64,000 bases of DNA from Squalus acanthias (taxonomy: Eukaryota). The translations under genes were made by a program, and so were the position numbers. Each line of letters opens with the position of its first letter. Within the stretch, counting starts at the first letter, position 1. Below are positions 35,398 to 48,525 of the stretch, piece by piece. The stretch is taken from the NCBI GenBank assembly GCA_030390025.1, contig CM059432.1, forward strand, positions 126,978,001-127,042,000. The letters run 5' to 3'. The notes below the pieces were generated by a model. That model worked only from the letters and a program-made list of their open reading frames with translations, did not search any database and was not told where the DNA came from.

Positions 35398-36666
35398 TGT
35401 TACCTCCCCCCCGTGTACAGACAGTGAACACCCCCTCCTTGACCTTCAAAGTTACTGGCCCCTCACCTGAAAGAAGTCCCACTTCACAGCTCCTCTCTTA
35501 ACAGAGCTTCACCATTCCTGACTGTAATTGTTGCTTTGAACTGTGGTTTCACTGATCACAGGTCCATCTCACACCACCCTTTTTACCCCATGGGAACATC
35601 TGCCCCCTGCCCCATCTTGTGTGAACCTTCAATATGATAGCCCATCTGCCAATATCAGGAATAACTCACACCTCTGTTATTAGACTATTAAAAATAGGCC
35701 CCATTCCCAATCATGAGTGCTCTTTAAATAGCCATTCCTCCCGAGAATTCCAACCTCCAATGCATACCTAATACTCGCTGCATCCTAATCGTGCCTCCTC
35801 AGTTTCTGCCCGTAACACATCAATCGCAACCTAGGTCCCCAACCCCTGGAGCACAAACTCCAATTAACCACGAGTTAACACCCCCTCAGTGAGCAATGGA
35901 ACGACCCCGTATACTCTTCCCCAATGAACACAAGTTGTCCCCACATACCAGCCCAACGTCTCTCTTCTCCCACCGCGGCCCCATCCCTCCCGAGCCGCAA
36001 AACCTTCTATGGCATAACCGTCCTCCCCTCTCCCCCTGACCACCACAAATCAGCCCCCGCCCCTTCCACTGAGCTGCATATCTGGTCCTGTGCAATGAAC
36101 GTCCCCATCCCTTTAGAGCAGAAATAAACACCCTTTGACACAGATCCTCCTCAACCTCCTCATCACCCCCTTCCATATGCCTCCTTCATGATCAACTCCT
36201 TTAACCCTGCTCGCCCCAAGTACTGCACTTGATCTTGACCCCTCATGTGCAATGCCACAGGAGATCGACTCGAAACGGAAATGGGGAAAGGCGTGTTTCC
36301 AAATGTTAGTCATATTGGCTGAAAAACCAAGCTCACTATTGCTTCCAGAGTGATCTGAATGTGCCAGACTCAGAGAGTGCATCCAAGAAACTTTGATTAA
36401 TATACATCATCAGACACAAGAAATGGCACTACAAAGAATAAAAGCAGGAACCTTCCAATTATATTTCAGTAAATAAAAATATTTTTGAAGCCGAAGTTAA
36501 CTACCAGCTTTGTCACCTGCATGTGTAGCTGCTCAGTACTCCACTGTATGTTGCAGAGAGAAGTGATAATCCTACCAACTGCAGCACTGTCCCTTTGCAT
36601 TAACGACTGAAACAATCATTTATGTAAATAAAAGACAAAACCATATTCTTAATGTGCAATAGAAAA

Positions 36667-36672
36667 TTTATT
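36667..36672 (-). terminator. Candidate KLF10 polyadenylation signal AATAAA
   Basis: TTTATT on + at the end of an AU-rich, largely repeat-free stretch 1.65 kb downstream of the stop codon. Confidence 0.45.
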
Positions 36673-37423
36673 GTCTTGAGTATTTAACAAATATGTAAAC
36701 AAAGTTTATGAAAGAAATATTGTGCAAAATTCTTGTAGTCAAATCATAAAAAGGTGCACCATTAAGTAAATACTCTTAAAGCAAGCAACAATTAAGAGTG
36801 GTGCAGACTGACTCTTAACCCTGCTCGATAATGAAGATTACACAGTTAACGCAACAAATATGTCCTCGCAGAGGGGGCATTCTATTCAAAATACTACCAC
36901 AGTAAACGGAGAGATAAGACAGAGAACTAAACTCCATAATGTGGCACACAGGAAAATGCCGATGCATATAGCCGTCTGCAAGACAGTTTGCAAACTGCCC
37001 GTGACAAAGAAGGACGCACTGTTAATGGAGGAGGCAATGTGCTGTACACCCAGGAGACAAGCAACAAGTTCAGTAACAAAGTAGGTTTTTAAACAACAGT
37101 TTGTAGTGACAGTATGAAATAAATAAATGGCACCACAAATAGTTACAAAACATCTAAATGTGATAAACTTAAAGTGTTCGCACTACTCATATCCCAGTAT
37201 CTGTGGAAGTCCTGCAGCAAAGTTCCACCTTTGCTCCAAGAGTAAAAGGACTGCAAAATTCATGAAAAACTTAACTTGCTATATTTACAAATTCAGCAGT
37301 CCCATAAAAATTTATCACAAAAATAACTAGTTTTACGGTATCTGGCCTCCTAAGTTTTATGTGCAAACATCGGCTGAGCAGGCTTTATGCACTACGGCCG
37401 TTGTTTCCCAAAGCAGAGACACT

Positions 37424-37574
37424 GGGGTAGAAATGCGTCTCGGGCGTTAGCAATACTGCCCGTTCTGCGCTTCGGCTGCCTGTTACAGCTCCTGAATATT
37501 GGGCCGGGCGTAGAAGAGGCGGCTGATGCGATCCCGCCTGTTTTGCACTACCACCCACAATGAATTTCTACCCC
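37424..37574. mobile_element. 151-bp Harbinger-type MITE in the putative KLF10 3' UTR
   Basis: Perfect 11-bp TIR GGGGTAGAAAT / ATTTCTACCCC; flanks ACT and AAT (degenerate 3-bp TSD). Confidence 0.7.
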
Positions 37575-38319
37575 AATGTCCCCAACACCAGTGGGCAAAC
37601 GATATCATCGTGTCCATTCTTGCTGGTCTCTGCCTCTTTCTGCCAAGGTTCCGGATGCTGCACAACGGTTCCCCCCCAGTTACTTTCTCCACTCGCCGGC
37701 CTGAATCTTGATCAGAAGCGTGCGCGGGATGCTGGTACTCCGTTACTCCTTCCCCCCCCCCTCTGGCTGTGGGGGAGTTACCATGCTGATACAGTGACCA
37801 GCTGCTCCTACTGTCCACTGGTGTGCTCTGCTCACTGGCACCGCAAACAAGCTTTGGTGCTGGTGAGCTGACCAGCGGCTGACTGCCTCCGCAGTCAAGC
37901 ACGTGGGAAGAGATCAGGAACAGCTGTTTCACACGTTCTCCCAGCTGAAGGGTCAGTGAGCAGAGAACCCTTCCCAATACTCACAGCGATGCTTTCACGC
38001 ATGCCGGAACTGCGACTAAAACGCAGACAGTTTTCTTCTTGTGCAGTAAGTCCCAGGTTCCTGACTGCAAAACACACTGTCCATGCAAATTTCTTGTATT
38101 ACAGTAATCTCTCAGTTCAGCATGCTATGCTCTGCTCACATTTATGCATAAACATTTACAAGATACACATATAATATATAAAAACTTGCAATTCTTGTAT
38201 CCCCCCCCCTCCCCTCAACAGTTCCATTATTCAACATCTAGCAGAACTGAACTCCCGTTCCCATAAAGGAAGTGTTTGCACCGTGGTTGGTGTGAATGGG
38301 AGCGCTGAGGCTGCACGGA

Positions 38320-38570
38320 TTAGTGAGCAGGCACTGGTGGGACGATGCCATTCAGCTTGCTCACTTTCATCTGCCAGTTTGGAAGCTTCTTAGCAGACAG
38401 GTGCCGGCGAGCGTGCTTGGTCAGGTGATCGCTCCGCATGAACCGCCGCTCGCACATCGGGCACACGAATTTCTTTTCGCCCGTGTGGGTCCTGCGATGC
38501 CGAGATAGCTCATCGGAACGAGCAAACTTCCGGTCACAATCTTCCCAATTGCAGCTGAAGGGTTTCTCAC
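38320..38570 (-). CDS. KLF10: KLF10 last coding exon (zinc fingers 2-3, stop)
   Basis: Acceptor TTCCAG ending at 38571; (G)EKPFSC...VPAH*. Confidence 0.93.
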
Positions 38571-41269
38571 CTGGAACGGGACACACGGCAATAAATTCAT
38601 CATTACATTTTTGAAAAGAAACACAAATGTACATGATTCGTGCTAATTAATTGAAGACGCAAGATACGTGTCTCCATACTGAATCAAAATATGTCAATTT
38701 TCCCCTTAAAATACAACTTTCAATAAGAATGCCCAAACTAGATTTAATAAGATAGTACACAATCTATAATTATCATCTTTCTCATGATTACAAGAATAAG
38801 AAGTTGGTTTAAAAAAAGGTCATGTCACATTCTTTGGTCCGACTGAAAAACTAATTGAATACACAGCGTATCTAGCAGGCCAAGGCTTGAAAAGGTGCAA
38901 AGGGACCCCCACCCCACCACCCCCCCAGCCACTGTGGAGAAGGCACTAAGCAGAGGTGTGGTGCTTCCCCAGTGTAATGGTAAGTAAATTAGAGTGACAG
39001 TTCGCTGCATGCCCTTGTGCATCTCCCAGTGCCCAAATTGGTATTAGCAGAACCTTGGAAACATCTCACTCGACCACTCTCAATTTAGCCTTCAGGAAAA
39101 AAAACTTGATGGAAAACTATGAGAAACCCAAAAGTGCAAATACTGTACCTGTGTGAGTCCTCAGGTGGGCCTTCAGATGAGAACTTTTGAAGTAAGTTTT
39201 CCCACAGCCTGGGTGATCACAGATGTGACTGCGGTGTCGAGATACATCAACCTGGGCAACAATCTTCTGGACAGGTGGCATAAAGCCTGGGGCAGGAGCA
39301 ATAGGAGAAAGTCTGGTGCCATTAAGGCTGGTGACCAGCGGCTTTGCGTGCTTGACTGTAGGCTGTGGCACAACAAACATCAGGGCACCTTTTGAAACTG
39401 GAGTTCCCATGAATACAACAGGTGGGCTCATGGTTGGCTGCTTCCCAGAAGCTGTGTTGGGGATTACAGCAGTCATAACAGGGCTGCTTGTAGTGACTGG
39501 TAGCACTTGGCAGATGATGGGCATTGGTGGCACACCAGAAGAGACTGGAGACGACACCAACATTGAAGCTTGCTGACTCCGAGTGATGACAGGAGGCTGG
39601 GAACTTGAAACAAGAGCTTGTCCCAAGAATGACATGGAATTCACAGTTGGTGCTAAATATTGGTTCTGATTTTTATCTGCTATTGGTCCTTTATTGCTTT
39701 CATTTACTGGTTTGATTGAAGAAATTAGTTCATGTGATACACAATTTTTCAATTTACTTTCCAACATTTTCTCTTCATTTCCACCCACTGGGTTTGTCCT
39801 GTGTATTGATTTCTGATCAGCAGAGGCCTGGGGCGTCCTAACTAGGCAAGAGCCATTTGTACACGATAGTACGTCTGCAGTGTGACGAATCACACTTGTG
39901 GCTTGGGATCGTTGTCTTGTAGCTACTTCTGCTGGTTTTGCACTCTGGATGAATTTTACATCTGTGGACACTGGCAATGCTGCTTCAACGACCCTGCTAG
40001 GTCTGGATAAAGGAGGCTCCATTTTAAACAATACAGTGGAAGGGACCGGCATTATAGGATGAACCATTTGAGATGCCTCAAAGTTAGGAGGACTATACGG
40101 TGGGGTTAGACACTAGAAACAGAAAAAGAAAAAGAGTTAGCGTCTACTCATTCCCTCAAACACATTGTACATCTTATCATTCATAGCAGTTTTTCATTTA
40201 AAACAGAGCAAGAGGTTTCAGTGCAGTACTGAGGGGGTTCTGCATTGTCAGCAATGCCGTCTTTCAGATGAGATATTAAACCGAGGCACCGCCTATCTGC
40301 TCTGGTAAAAGATCCACGGTACTATTCAAGGAAGAGCAGTGGACTTGTCCTGGTGTCCTGCCCAATACATATCCCTCAACCAACATCACAAACAAATATT
40401 AACTGGTTATTCATCTCATTGCTGTTTGTGGGAGCTTGCTGTGCGCAATATTTCTGTGTTTCCTTACATTGCAACATTGACTGTACCTTAGAGCAATTCA
40501 TTGTGAAGCACTTTGGAACTTACTGAAAATGTAAAAGGTGCTTTAAGAATGCAAATCTATCTTACTTTGATTGCTATAACCCCTCAGATTCTTGCCTTTT
40601 CTCTCCTTTTCCTCTTCTGAGCATGCTGACTGTTGCTGGGGTATGGTTCTACAGAAGCAAGCAGCCTTCTGATACCTCTGCCAAGTGGCCAATCTTCACA
40701 CATGAGCCTAAATAGTTGTATTTAACCATGTGGACATTATGGCCATGCCTGGTCCTGATGTACCCACTTGCAGCAGAGCTCAATGCAGATGCTGGTTGAT
40801 TTTCCGTTACCCTAGCATTGAGATAAAGAGGCCAATTTTAACACCGCTCTCTGGCAGTCCTGGCCGAGATCAGTTAAAATGCTGGGGATCAAACCAAATT
40901 CCTCTCTGGTGTGATGGCTCAGTACATTACGTACTGCAACTACCCAGTGAGCCATTGGGGAAGCCCATTCTTCACTGCCTTTAGCTATAAATTGGGTACA
41001 TTGTTTAATCCCCAACAGTATTAACAGTTACTTACAAACAGAGGCAATGTGTGGAAATCTTTAGAACTGGGCAGTAAACTATCTTCAGATTCCTCAGATA
41101 CATCAGATGCCGGTGTCAGTGGTCTCAGCTCCGTGTAACTTTTGGTGTCTGATTTCCAGCTACAACTCATTGACATGAGTGCTTCCACCGCCTCAATGTC
41201 ACCTTGTTCTGTCCTGCTGCTCCAGGAGCACTCATTGTCCCAGCACGTTCTGAAGTCTGTCTCCATCAT
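38320..41269 (-). CDS. KLF10: Krueppel-like factor 10 (TIEG1); spliced CDS 41269-41036, 40112-39149, 38570-38320, about 482 aa from the exon-2 Met
   Basis: Sin3-interaction motif [26 protein letters not shown] and CLTPPYSP; three C2H2 fingers ([67 protein letters not shown]); C-terminus [16 protein letters not shown], which distinguishes KLF10 from KLF11. GT-AG introns have consistent phases (0, 1). Confidence 0.93.
39149..40112 (-). CDS. KLF10: KLF10 large middle exon (repression domains, zinc finger 1)
   Basis: Acceptor TTTCTAG ending at 40113; [15 protein letters not shown]...HLRTHTG; donor GTACAG at 39148. Confidence 0.93.
40212..40565 (+). mobile_element. Decayed Deu-domain SINE in KLF10 intron
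   Basis: GCCGTCTTTCAGATGAGATATTAAACCGAGG core and TTGCTGTTTGTGGGAGCTTGCTGTGCGC. Confidence 0.7.
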
Positions 41270-41275
41270 TTCCTC
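41036..41275 (-). CDS. KLF10: KLF10 exon 2 (Sin3-interacting domain)
   Basis: Acceptor CTCAATAG ending at 41276; EEMMETDF...FHTLPLF; donor GTAAGT at 41035. Confidence 0.9.
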
Positions 41276-41449
41276 CTATTGAGAGAAAAACACAGGAACG
41301 TTGGTTAGTTGTGGATGCAGATTAGTAGGTCAGACTACTTCCTTCCTCCCCCCCCCCAGAGTAATGTTTTACTCCAGTAATGCAAATAAATCACATAATT
41401 AATGTCAAGATTTTACTGACTCGCCAAGTGTTAATACAGTACTAACCTT

Positions 41450-43020
41450 ATTCAGCCTTACTCCTTCACCCCATCAGAACATCTTAATCACTGCAGCTTT
41501 CCTCTCCGTCTAGCCCTCCAGCTCTCACCAGGCTTATCTCGGCGACCCACTTCCTGCTACCTCCACCCTGTCCCACCCAACTACCATTCTTTGCCTTAAT
41601 GCTCACTGAAATTTTAATAGCTCCCTTTGCAAAGGCGTTGTTCTTGTCCTCTACAAAACATCCATCATCACCCCCCTCCCCCTCAAAAACTAAACCTTTG
41701 GCCCCCTCCTTTCTCTACAACTACCAGCCCATCTCAAACTTTCCTTTTCCCTCTAAGGTCCTTGTTAACACCCAGTTTCATACTCCACTGTTCTACAATT
41801 CTATTTGAGTCCCTTCAGCCACCCCCTCTAACCACAGCTCTAGATTGCCTGGGTCAAAGCCACCAATGATCACCCTTGAGGTTGTGACTGCATAGTGTTA
41901 TCCCTCCTTGAGCTCTCATTCAAAACAATCCACCACCAGCCTCCCTTGTTCCATGACCCACCTCTGCAGAATTAATGTCACTTGGTTCCATTCCCAATTG
42001 TCCCAATTTAGCCAGCACATCTCTAGCCATGGCTCCTTCTTCCACCCCTGCATGGTCATCTCCAATGTTCCCCATGGTTTTATCCTTGGTGCCCACCTTT
42101 TATCTACTCACATGTTGCACCCCAACAACATAATCTGTAGGGAGTCAGTTTCACATGTATATTGGCAAGTGTACCTCTCCACGGCCACCGTCAACTCCAT
42201 TATCTTGGTTTGGTCAGACTATTTGTCTGACATCAAATTATGGATGAGTGGGACATTCCTCCATTTGAACATTGGGAAGACTAAAGCCATGTAAAGGAGA
42301 TTTAGAACAGAGGGCAGGAGAAACTTCTTTACACAGAATTGTGAGGCTATGCAATTCATTTCCAGGATTAGTGGTAGAGGAAGAAATTATGTCAACTTTC
42401 AAGATTAGATTAGGTAGAAAAGGAGATGAAGTATTTTAGGAACATGATGGGTAAATGTAATTCGGACTATTTGCTCTGTGGGGGGTAAACACTGACACAG
42501 ACTGGTTGGCACGAATTGCCTTTTTCTGTGTTGTAATTTCAAAGTATTATTCAGCTTCCGTCAAATACTTCATCCCCCTTCCCTCCCGTCAAGATGGAAT
42601 TAAACCTTGGTGTCCTGTTCCATCCTGAGGCAAGTATCAAAACTCATACACTATGCATTATCAAGACTTCAAATTTGCAAAATCATTTGCCTCTCTCCTG
42701 ACCTCACCCCCATTGCCAGTGAAACATTATCCATAGTTTTGTTAGCTCCAGATGTAATTTCTCTAAGCTCCCAGTTATGCAACTCCAACTCATCCAAAGC
42801 TCTGCTTCCCATAAACTGCCCCACACTAGGTTTGCTTGTCTATCACCCCCTTTCTCACTGGCCTCCATTGGTTCCAGTGAATCAAACTTAAAAGAATATG
42901 AAAAGATGGATTTTTTGTTTCCATATTCATGCAATTCATCATCTGAAATCTAAAATGCTTATACATCCCTCATGGTCTTGCCCCATCTTTCCTCTGCAGT
43001 CTCTTCTAGTCCTTGCTCAG
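41450..43020 (+). mobile_element. Old L2-type LINE remnant (continues 43688-43920)
   Basis: Degenerate NYQPISNFPF.SKVL and WMS..FLHLNIGKT motifs. Confidence 0.55.
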
Positions 43021-43023
43021 ATT

Positions 43024-43682
43024 TGTTGGACATCGTGAGAGTTAAAAGTTTAACAGTTGAATTTCTTTGCATCTTGGATTCCCAGGCTTGCCAAGATAAA
43101 CCGGATGATTTCAAAGTGTCGTAAAAGGAATGCGTGACTTGTTTTCTGAGATGTAAAGTGCTTGTGTAAGGAAATAAGTGTTAGTAATGATATCACCCAT
43201 GAGTGGTTAAGGTTTTAGTTTTAAGGTAATAAAATGTAACTTTAGTTTTAGGGTAATAAAACATGGGTAGCAAATCTATTAGCTATAGGTAACAGTTGGT
43301 AAAGCTTTTTCTTCAAAGGGTTTAGAGACTGTTACGTCAGGAAGTCTTGTTCAGAGGAAGTAGTTTTGAAGTAAACAACTGCAAACTGTTTACATGAATA
43401 TTCTGTTTTCAAAAGATTTGGGAATAGATACGTCATACAGTCTTATCGATGACATTTTCCTCTGATGTAGTCAAAATATGGTGTATAAAAGATCATGGTT
43501 TTCAACAGTATTTCAGAGGGCTCGAAAGCTAGAGAAACCAAAATACTCTGTATACAGTTAAGGCTGATCACCTTTACTGTGCATCAATAAAGTCTGATCC
43601 GTATACTCCACTATGAAGTGTCTCCTACTTACTCGAAACATGTTGTTGTGAACCAGAGGAGAAAGGAGGTTGACTGCTAACA
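43024..43682 (+). mobile_element. Solo LTR (659 bp) in KLF10 intron 1, antisense to the gene
   Basis: TGTTGG...CTAACA termini, 5-bp TSD AGATT (43019-43023 and 43683-43687), TATAAAA at 43484 and AATAAA at 43586. Confidence 0.8.
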
Positions 43683-45825
43683 AGATTCCAGTCTCCACTT
43701 CATCCCACTCCTCGGCATTATCAATAGAAGCCTTCAACTGTCTTAGCCCTACTCTCCAGGGCTCCCTTCCTAAGACCCCTGCCTTTGCTACTTCTCTCCT
43801 CACCTTTAAAAACCTCAAGAATGATCTATTTAACCATGCTTTTGAACATCTCCTAACTCTTCTACTGTTGTTTAGTGTCCGTTTCTCCTCTGTCATTGTC
43901 TAAATGTTGCTGTATTTATACAATCATGCTGCAGCAAATGTAGCATTTGTCAATGAATTTTAATAATACACCAATGTTCTTCTTGTGTGATACTCTTAGT
44001 TCAAATTGCTTCCAGCACAATCAAGAGCAGTGTCAAAGCTCTAACCACTAATACTTCACCCTGAAGATAATCTCTCCAGACACAACCCAGGTTTAGAACA
44101 ACGTAGTTTACAATTCTATTGTTGTGTATTTTTTATAGTTTATGATCAAACATGCAAAATGTTTGCAGTATTACATATTACCAAACTCCAAGTAGCCATA
44201 CTTCTTTTAGAAGACAAAATGATTTGCTCTTCCATAGCTTTGCGCAAGGTGAGCAAAGACCAAGTGCAGTCTTCAGGTGAAGCGGCCTTAGATGGCGAGG
44301 AATAACTGGACCGAGGCATGCAAATGTCGTTCAGCCCCCATTTTAAGATCACACATTGTCATTTTTAGATAATACTTTGATTGTATATTATTTATAGTTA
44401 AATAGCAAAGCTTATGGCAACTTGTGAAGCAGAGTTGGTTGGAGCCTAGCAGTTTCTCTGCAGTACAGAGGCACTGCAGCATCTCCACTGAGGGAAGGAT
44501 ATCAGTACACGGTGACAAGTTTACATGGGCAGTTTCGATTCTAAATGTGGTCATAGGACTTCATAATGGAAAAAAGCTGACACAAAAAATGTGACAAGTA
44601 GTAACAACGGGAAATGCATGCAGGTGTAAGATTTTTAAATATATTACTGATATCTTACAAAACATTGGTAAAAAGTGCCAGACTGCCAGGATAAGCAATT
44701 AATGTTTTACTTGTTCTAATTATATTTTAAAATGAATCTCAGAATGCAAACCAATACATCTACTGACATACAACTTACTTAAAGCTCCACTCTCTTATTT
44801 TAAATTAAAATCCAAATACATAAACTTAAAAGTGAACTGTTTTACTAGAAATAGGTCAATGACTTAATTTTGAAGTTGATATACTAGGTACGCTGCACAC
44901 TCCACAGCAAAGCCAAATGCACAACTTTAACGTTTAAAATAGAACTCAAGTCACCCATGGTTCCGTCTCTAAATTTTAGTGATGGGATTGCCATCCCTTT
45001 TCTAAACTTAGAAACCTCACTGTCAGTTGGAAGCCAGCGAGCAGAGCTCAGCGCATAAATCATGGTGTGCCAAAACAGAGCTCGACTAATTCACGAATGA
45101 CACAGTTCTTAGAAATGCCCCCGACAGTGCACCACTTGGCCCTGTACAACTGACACCCTTCTGGGGTGGCTACCTCTCTGCCTGCACATGGAGGAAAAAC
45201 AGGCCCAGCTCTTGAATGATATTTATGCGTTTCTGACCCATGAGATTCTTATGGCATTATCTTTATTACTAAACAGATCCTTTTGTATTTATGAATATTT
45301 CTCACTGTTCCCCCTTTCCTCTCTGTCCCTTCCCTATTCACCCCACAGCAATAACATCCGAGAGCATGCTGACCTGCTCTCAGTCCTCTACCAATACTGT
45401 TAGAAGACCCATGATAAGAGCAGTTTAATAATGACTCAATCAAATCCCTCCCCCAACCCACACTCCATGGGGAGACACCCAGCTGACATTTTGCCACAAT
45501 CACGTAACTGGGATGAGTGAGCGCAGTATGGTTGAAAGCCACAGATGGGAGGGAACCCACAACTCGTGCAGCTACAAGTGTGGTCAGCTGTTCATGTTAC
45601 TGGGATATTAACCAATAGTTCACAAATATTTAGCTGCACAAGCAGGAGAGGGAAGTACTATCGAAACAGTTATACTTTGACCCAAAAGTAAGCAAAGAAA
45701 AAAATTCAAATGAAAAAGTTTGTCATCTAAAACTTTTCAAAACAGAAACATTGAGCTGCTTATCCTGGAAGCACGCACATTAGCAACAATTCTTACAGCA
45801 ACTACACAAATTAGGTGAAAAAGTA

Positions 45826-46182
45826 TATGGCTGCAGTGTGCATCATCTACAAGATGCACTGCAGCAACTCGCCAAGGCTTCTTCGGCAGCACCTCCAAAA
45901 CCCACAACCTCTACCAGCTAGAAGGACAAGGGCAGCAGGCGCATAGGAAGACCTTCCCCTCCAAGTCACACACCATCCTGACTTGGAAGTATATCGCCGT
46001 TCCTTCATAGTCAGTGGGTCAATCCTGGAACTCCCTCCCTAACAGCACTGTGGGAGTAGCTTCACCACACGGACTGCAGCGGTTCAAGAAAGCGGCGCAC
46101 CACCACCTTCTCAAGGGCAATTAGGGATGGGCAATAAATGTTGGCCTTGCCAGCGACGCCCACATCCCAGGAACGAAAATAA
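45826..46182 (+). mobile_element. 3' fragment of CR1/L2-group LINE
   Basis: Matches 54935-55290. Confidence 0.75.
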
Positions 46183-46189
46183 AGCAGCA

Positions 46190-46790
46190 GAAGGGCTGAG
46201 GCAGGCACGGTGGAAGAAGTAGAAATAAGGGATCTTGGTGATGAATAATATGTGGCGTTTGAAGTTCAGCTCCATGTTGAACATGACACCAAGGTTTTCC
46301 ATGCTCTGCCTGAGCCTGGGTGAATAGACAGGGAGGGAGATTGAGTCAGTGACAAGGGAGCCGAGTTTGCGACAGGAGCTAAAAACAATGACTTCAGTCT
46401 TCCCTATGTCTAGCTGGAGGAAATTGTGACTCATACATGAGCTAATATCAGACAGGCACTCGGACAGCACAGAGGTGGTCATAGGGTTGATATAAGTGAC
46501 AGAGGTAGAGTGTCATCGGGATACGTATAGAAACTGAACCGGTGTCTGTGGATGAGGTCAGTGGGACAGCACAGAGATGAAGGAGGAGGGGGGCCAAGGA
46601 TGGATTCTTGGGGGACTCCAGTGGTGATAGTGCAGGGATGTGTACTGAAGCCATTGCTAGAGATGCAGCGCCTGTGTTCAGACAGGTAGCAGTAGCAGTT
46701 CCATGGAGCCTAGCCAACTGTGTCAAACCATGTGTAGAGGTCGATGAGAGCAGGGAGGGATAACCCACCACGGTCACAGTGACAGAGGAT
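46190..46790 (-). mobile_element. Old L2 LINE fragment
   Basis: CLSDISSCMSHNFLQLDIGKTE motif, homologous to 51551-51982. Confidence 0.6.
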
Positions 46791-48125
46791 AGGAATAACG
46801 TTCATTAAATATTTATTGCTAAACGTGTAAAGTTTAAAAGCATCAAATTCCCTCTCCCCACCTCAAATAACAAATTGATGGCTGCTTCTATATTTTGCCG
46901 ATTCCAAGTTATTTTATGCTTAGTGTCTTGCAATTCATGCACCATTCCAATAACTGGTATGAAAGCTGTCACACTCACACTTGGCTAATCATCACCTACT
47001 TTACATTACAAGCATCTATTTTTGTTCTACTTTCACAGGCTACAGGATATTGGGAGCCCTTAAACAAGTTTCCTTTACAGTGTCTCCACATAAAGTCAGG
47101 GTGATTTTGCTTTTAGTTCAGGTCTAAGACACTAACACAGATTTGTGTTATATTTAGGTTCCGAGAGAAAAAATGCAGATGTCAGTGCCAAGGAAGAACG
47201 TCCATGTGTGCACTCATTAACCCAGAGGGAACCGGACCTGTTCGGCTTGGCTTGGCCCGGCTCAGCTCAGCCCAACCCAGCCCACAAGCTTGGTCTGTTG
47301 CAGCGCAGGCGGGAGCGGCACGATTGGTGCAGCCTCTCCCCATGTGAACACTGCATGCTAAGCCGCTGCACGAACTTGAACCAGTCACCGCAGCAACCTT
47401 TCACCCACTTCCAAACAAGCTCCAACACACAGCCTCCTTCCCTTCCCACCCTCCCCTCCCCCCAGACACAACACACACACAGGCAGAGGAGGCATTAAAA
47501 CGGCAGCAGCCTCACTCCGCACCCGTGCAAAGGGTTGGCAGGGAAAACCCGGGATAGGACGTTGCAAAAAAACCCCAACCAGGTGCAGCACAACTAAACT
47601 TCCACCTTTCTACTTGCAATGCAATTGTGTTCAAACCTGGCACTGCATTCGATAGCATTATATCCCCAAAAACAATCCCCAGTTTATCACCATTGAGATT
47701 GGGTGGGGGGAGAAAGAGAGATGAAATCACACAGTAATATATAACCAGCAGAAGGGATAGTCCCGTTCACAGAGGAGTAAAGAAACAATTACTGACAACC
47801 AATTTCCTTAGAATGAAATATTCACATATTGATTCACCAAATGCATACAGAATATATAAGATTTTGCAGAGCGAGTAACACAATATGATGGGATTAATAG
47901 CATTTATTTAAATTAAGATTGCTCATGGGGAGGGGGGAGGGAGAATGAAAAGATTTCAGTAAGAAATATAGGCGTTTCTTAAAAAGTACAGAATGATGCA
48001 CTAACCTCAATTCACGTACAATCACAAAAATGGATCAATTGAATCGGATTAAGAGAGGGGGGAAGAGACGCTTTGTTCTGCACACTGCTCACAAAACAAA
48101 ATTTAAAAAAAACACAGATACTCAC

Positions 48126-48240
48126 ACAGGCTGGCTCTTGGCTTTCAGCAATGGATTAGATGCAGACACACACAAAGGAAGCGCCGCTCCGCTACACTAC
48201 ACTGTAGCCACTTTGCAGCTGTTGACACCAGCTCGGTCGC
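48126..48240 (-). other. KLF10: Candidate non-coding first exon of KLF10
   Basis: Donor GTGAGT at 48125-48120, directly downstream (minus sense) of the GC/CCAAT cluster. There is no in-frame ATG; the 5' limit is a guess. Confidence 0.4.
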
Positions 48241-48525
48241 CCCGCCCCCCAGCTCCATTCAGGTGGAGCGCGCGCGGGGGCGGGGCCAGGGGGGGCCGCC
48301 GAGCGCCAACCAATCAGACGCAAAGGTGTGTTGGGCCAGCGGCGAATGGGAGGGCGCGGGCTGCGTGATCAGCGGCTGGTGGCTGGCGTGATTGGCTGCG
48401 GGAGGCAGCGTGGCGCACAGAGCCCGGGCAGTGTAGAGTGTGTGATTCCCGGACTGACGGCACAATGATCCCCCCCTTCCTGACTCACACACTTACCGCA
48501 CTTTGCGTGACTCAGCAGTCACGAT
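48230..48525 (-). promoter_or_regulatory. Putative KLF10 promoter (CpG-rich; GC box, two CCAAT boxes, two AP-1 sites)
   Basis: GGGGCGGGG at about 48277, CCAATCA at 48310, GATTGGCT at 48390, TGACTCA at 48481 and TGACTCAGCA at 48508. Confidence 0.6.

Noticed and set aside
38320..41275. Assignment as KLF11
   Set aside because: The [13 protein letters not shown] and [11 protein letters not shown] motifs match KLF10 rather than KLF11 as I recall them; a reciprocal BLAST would settle it.
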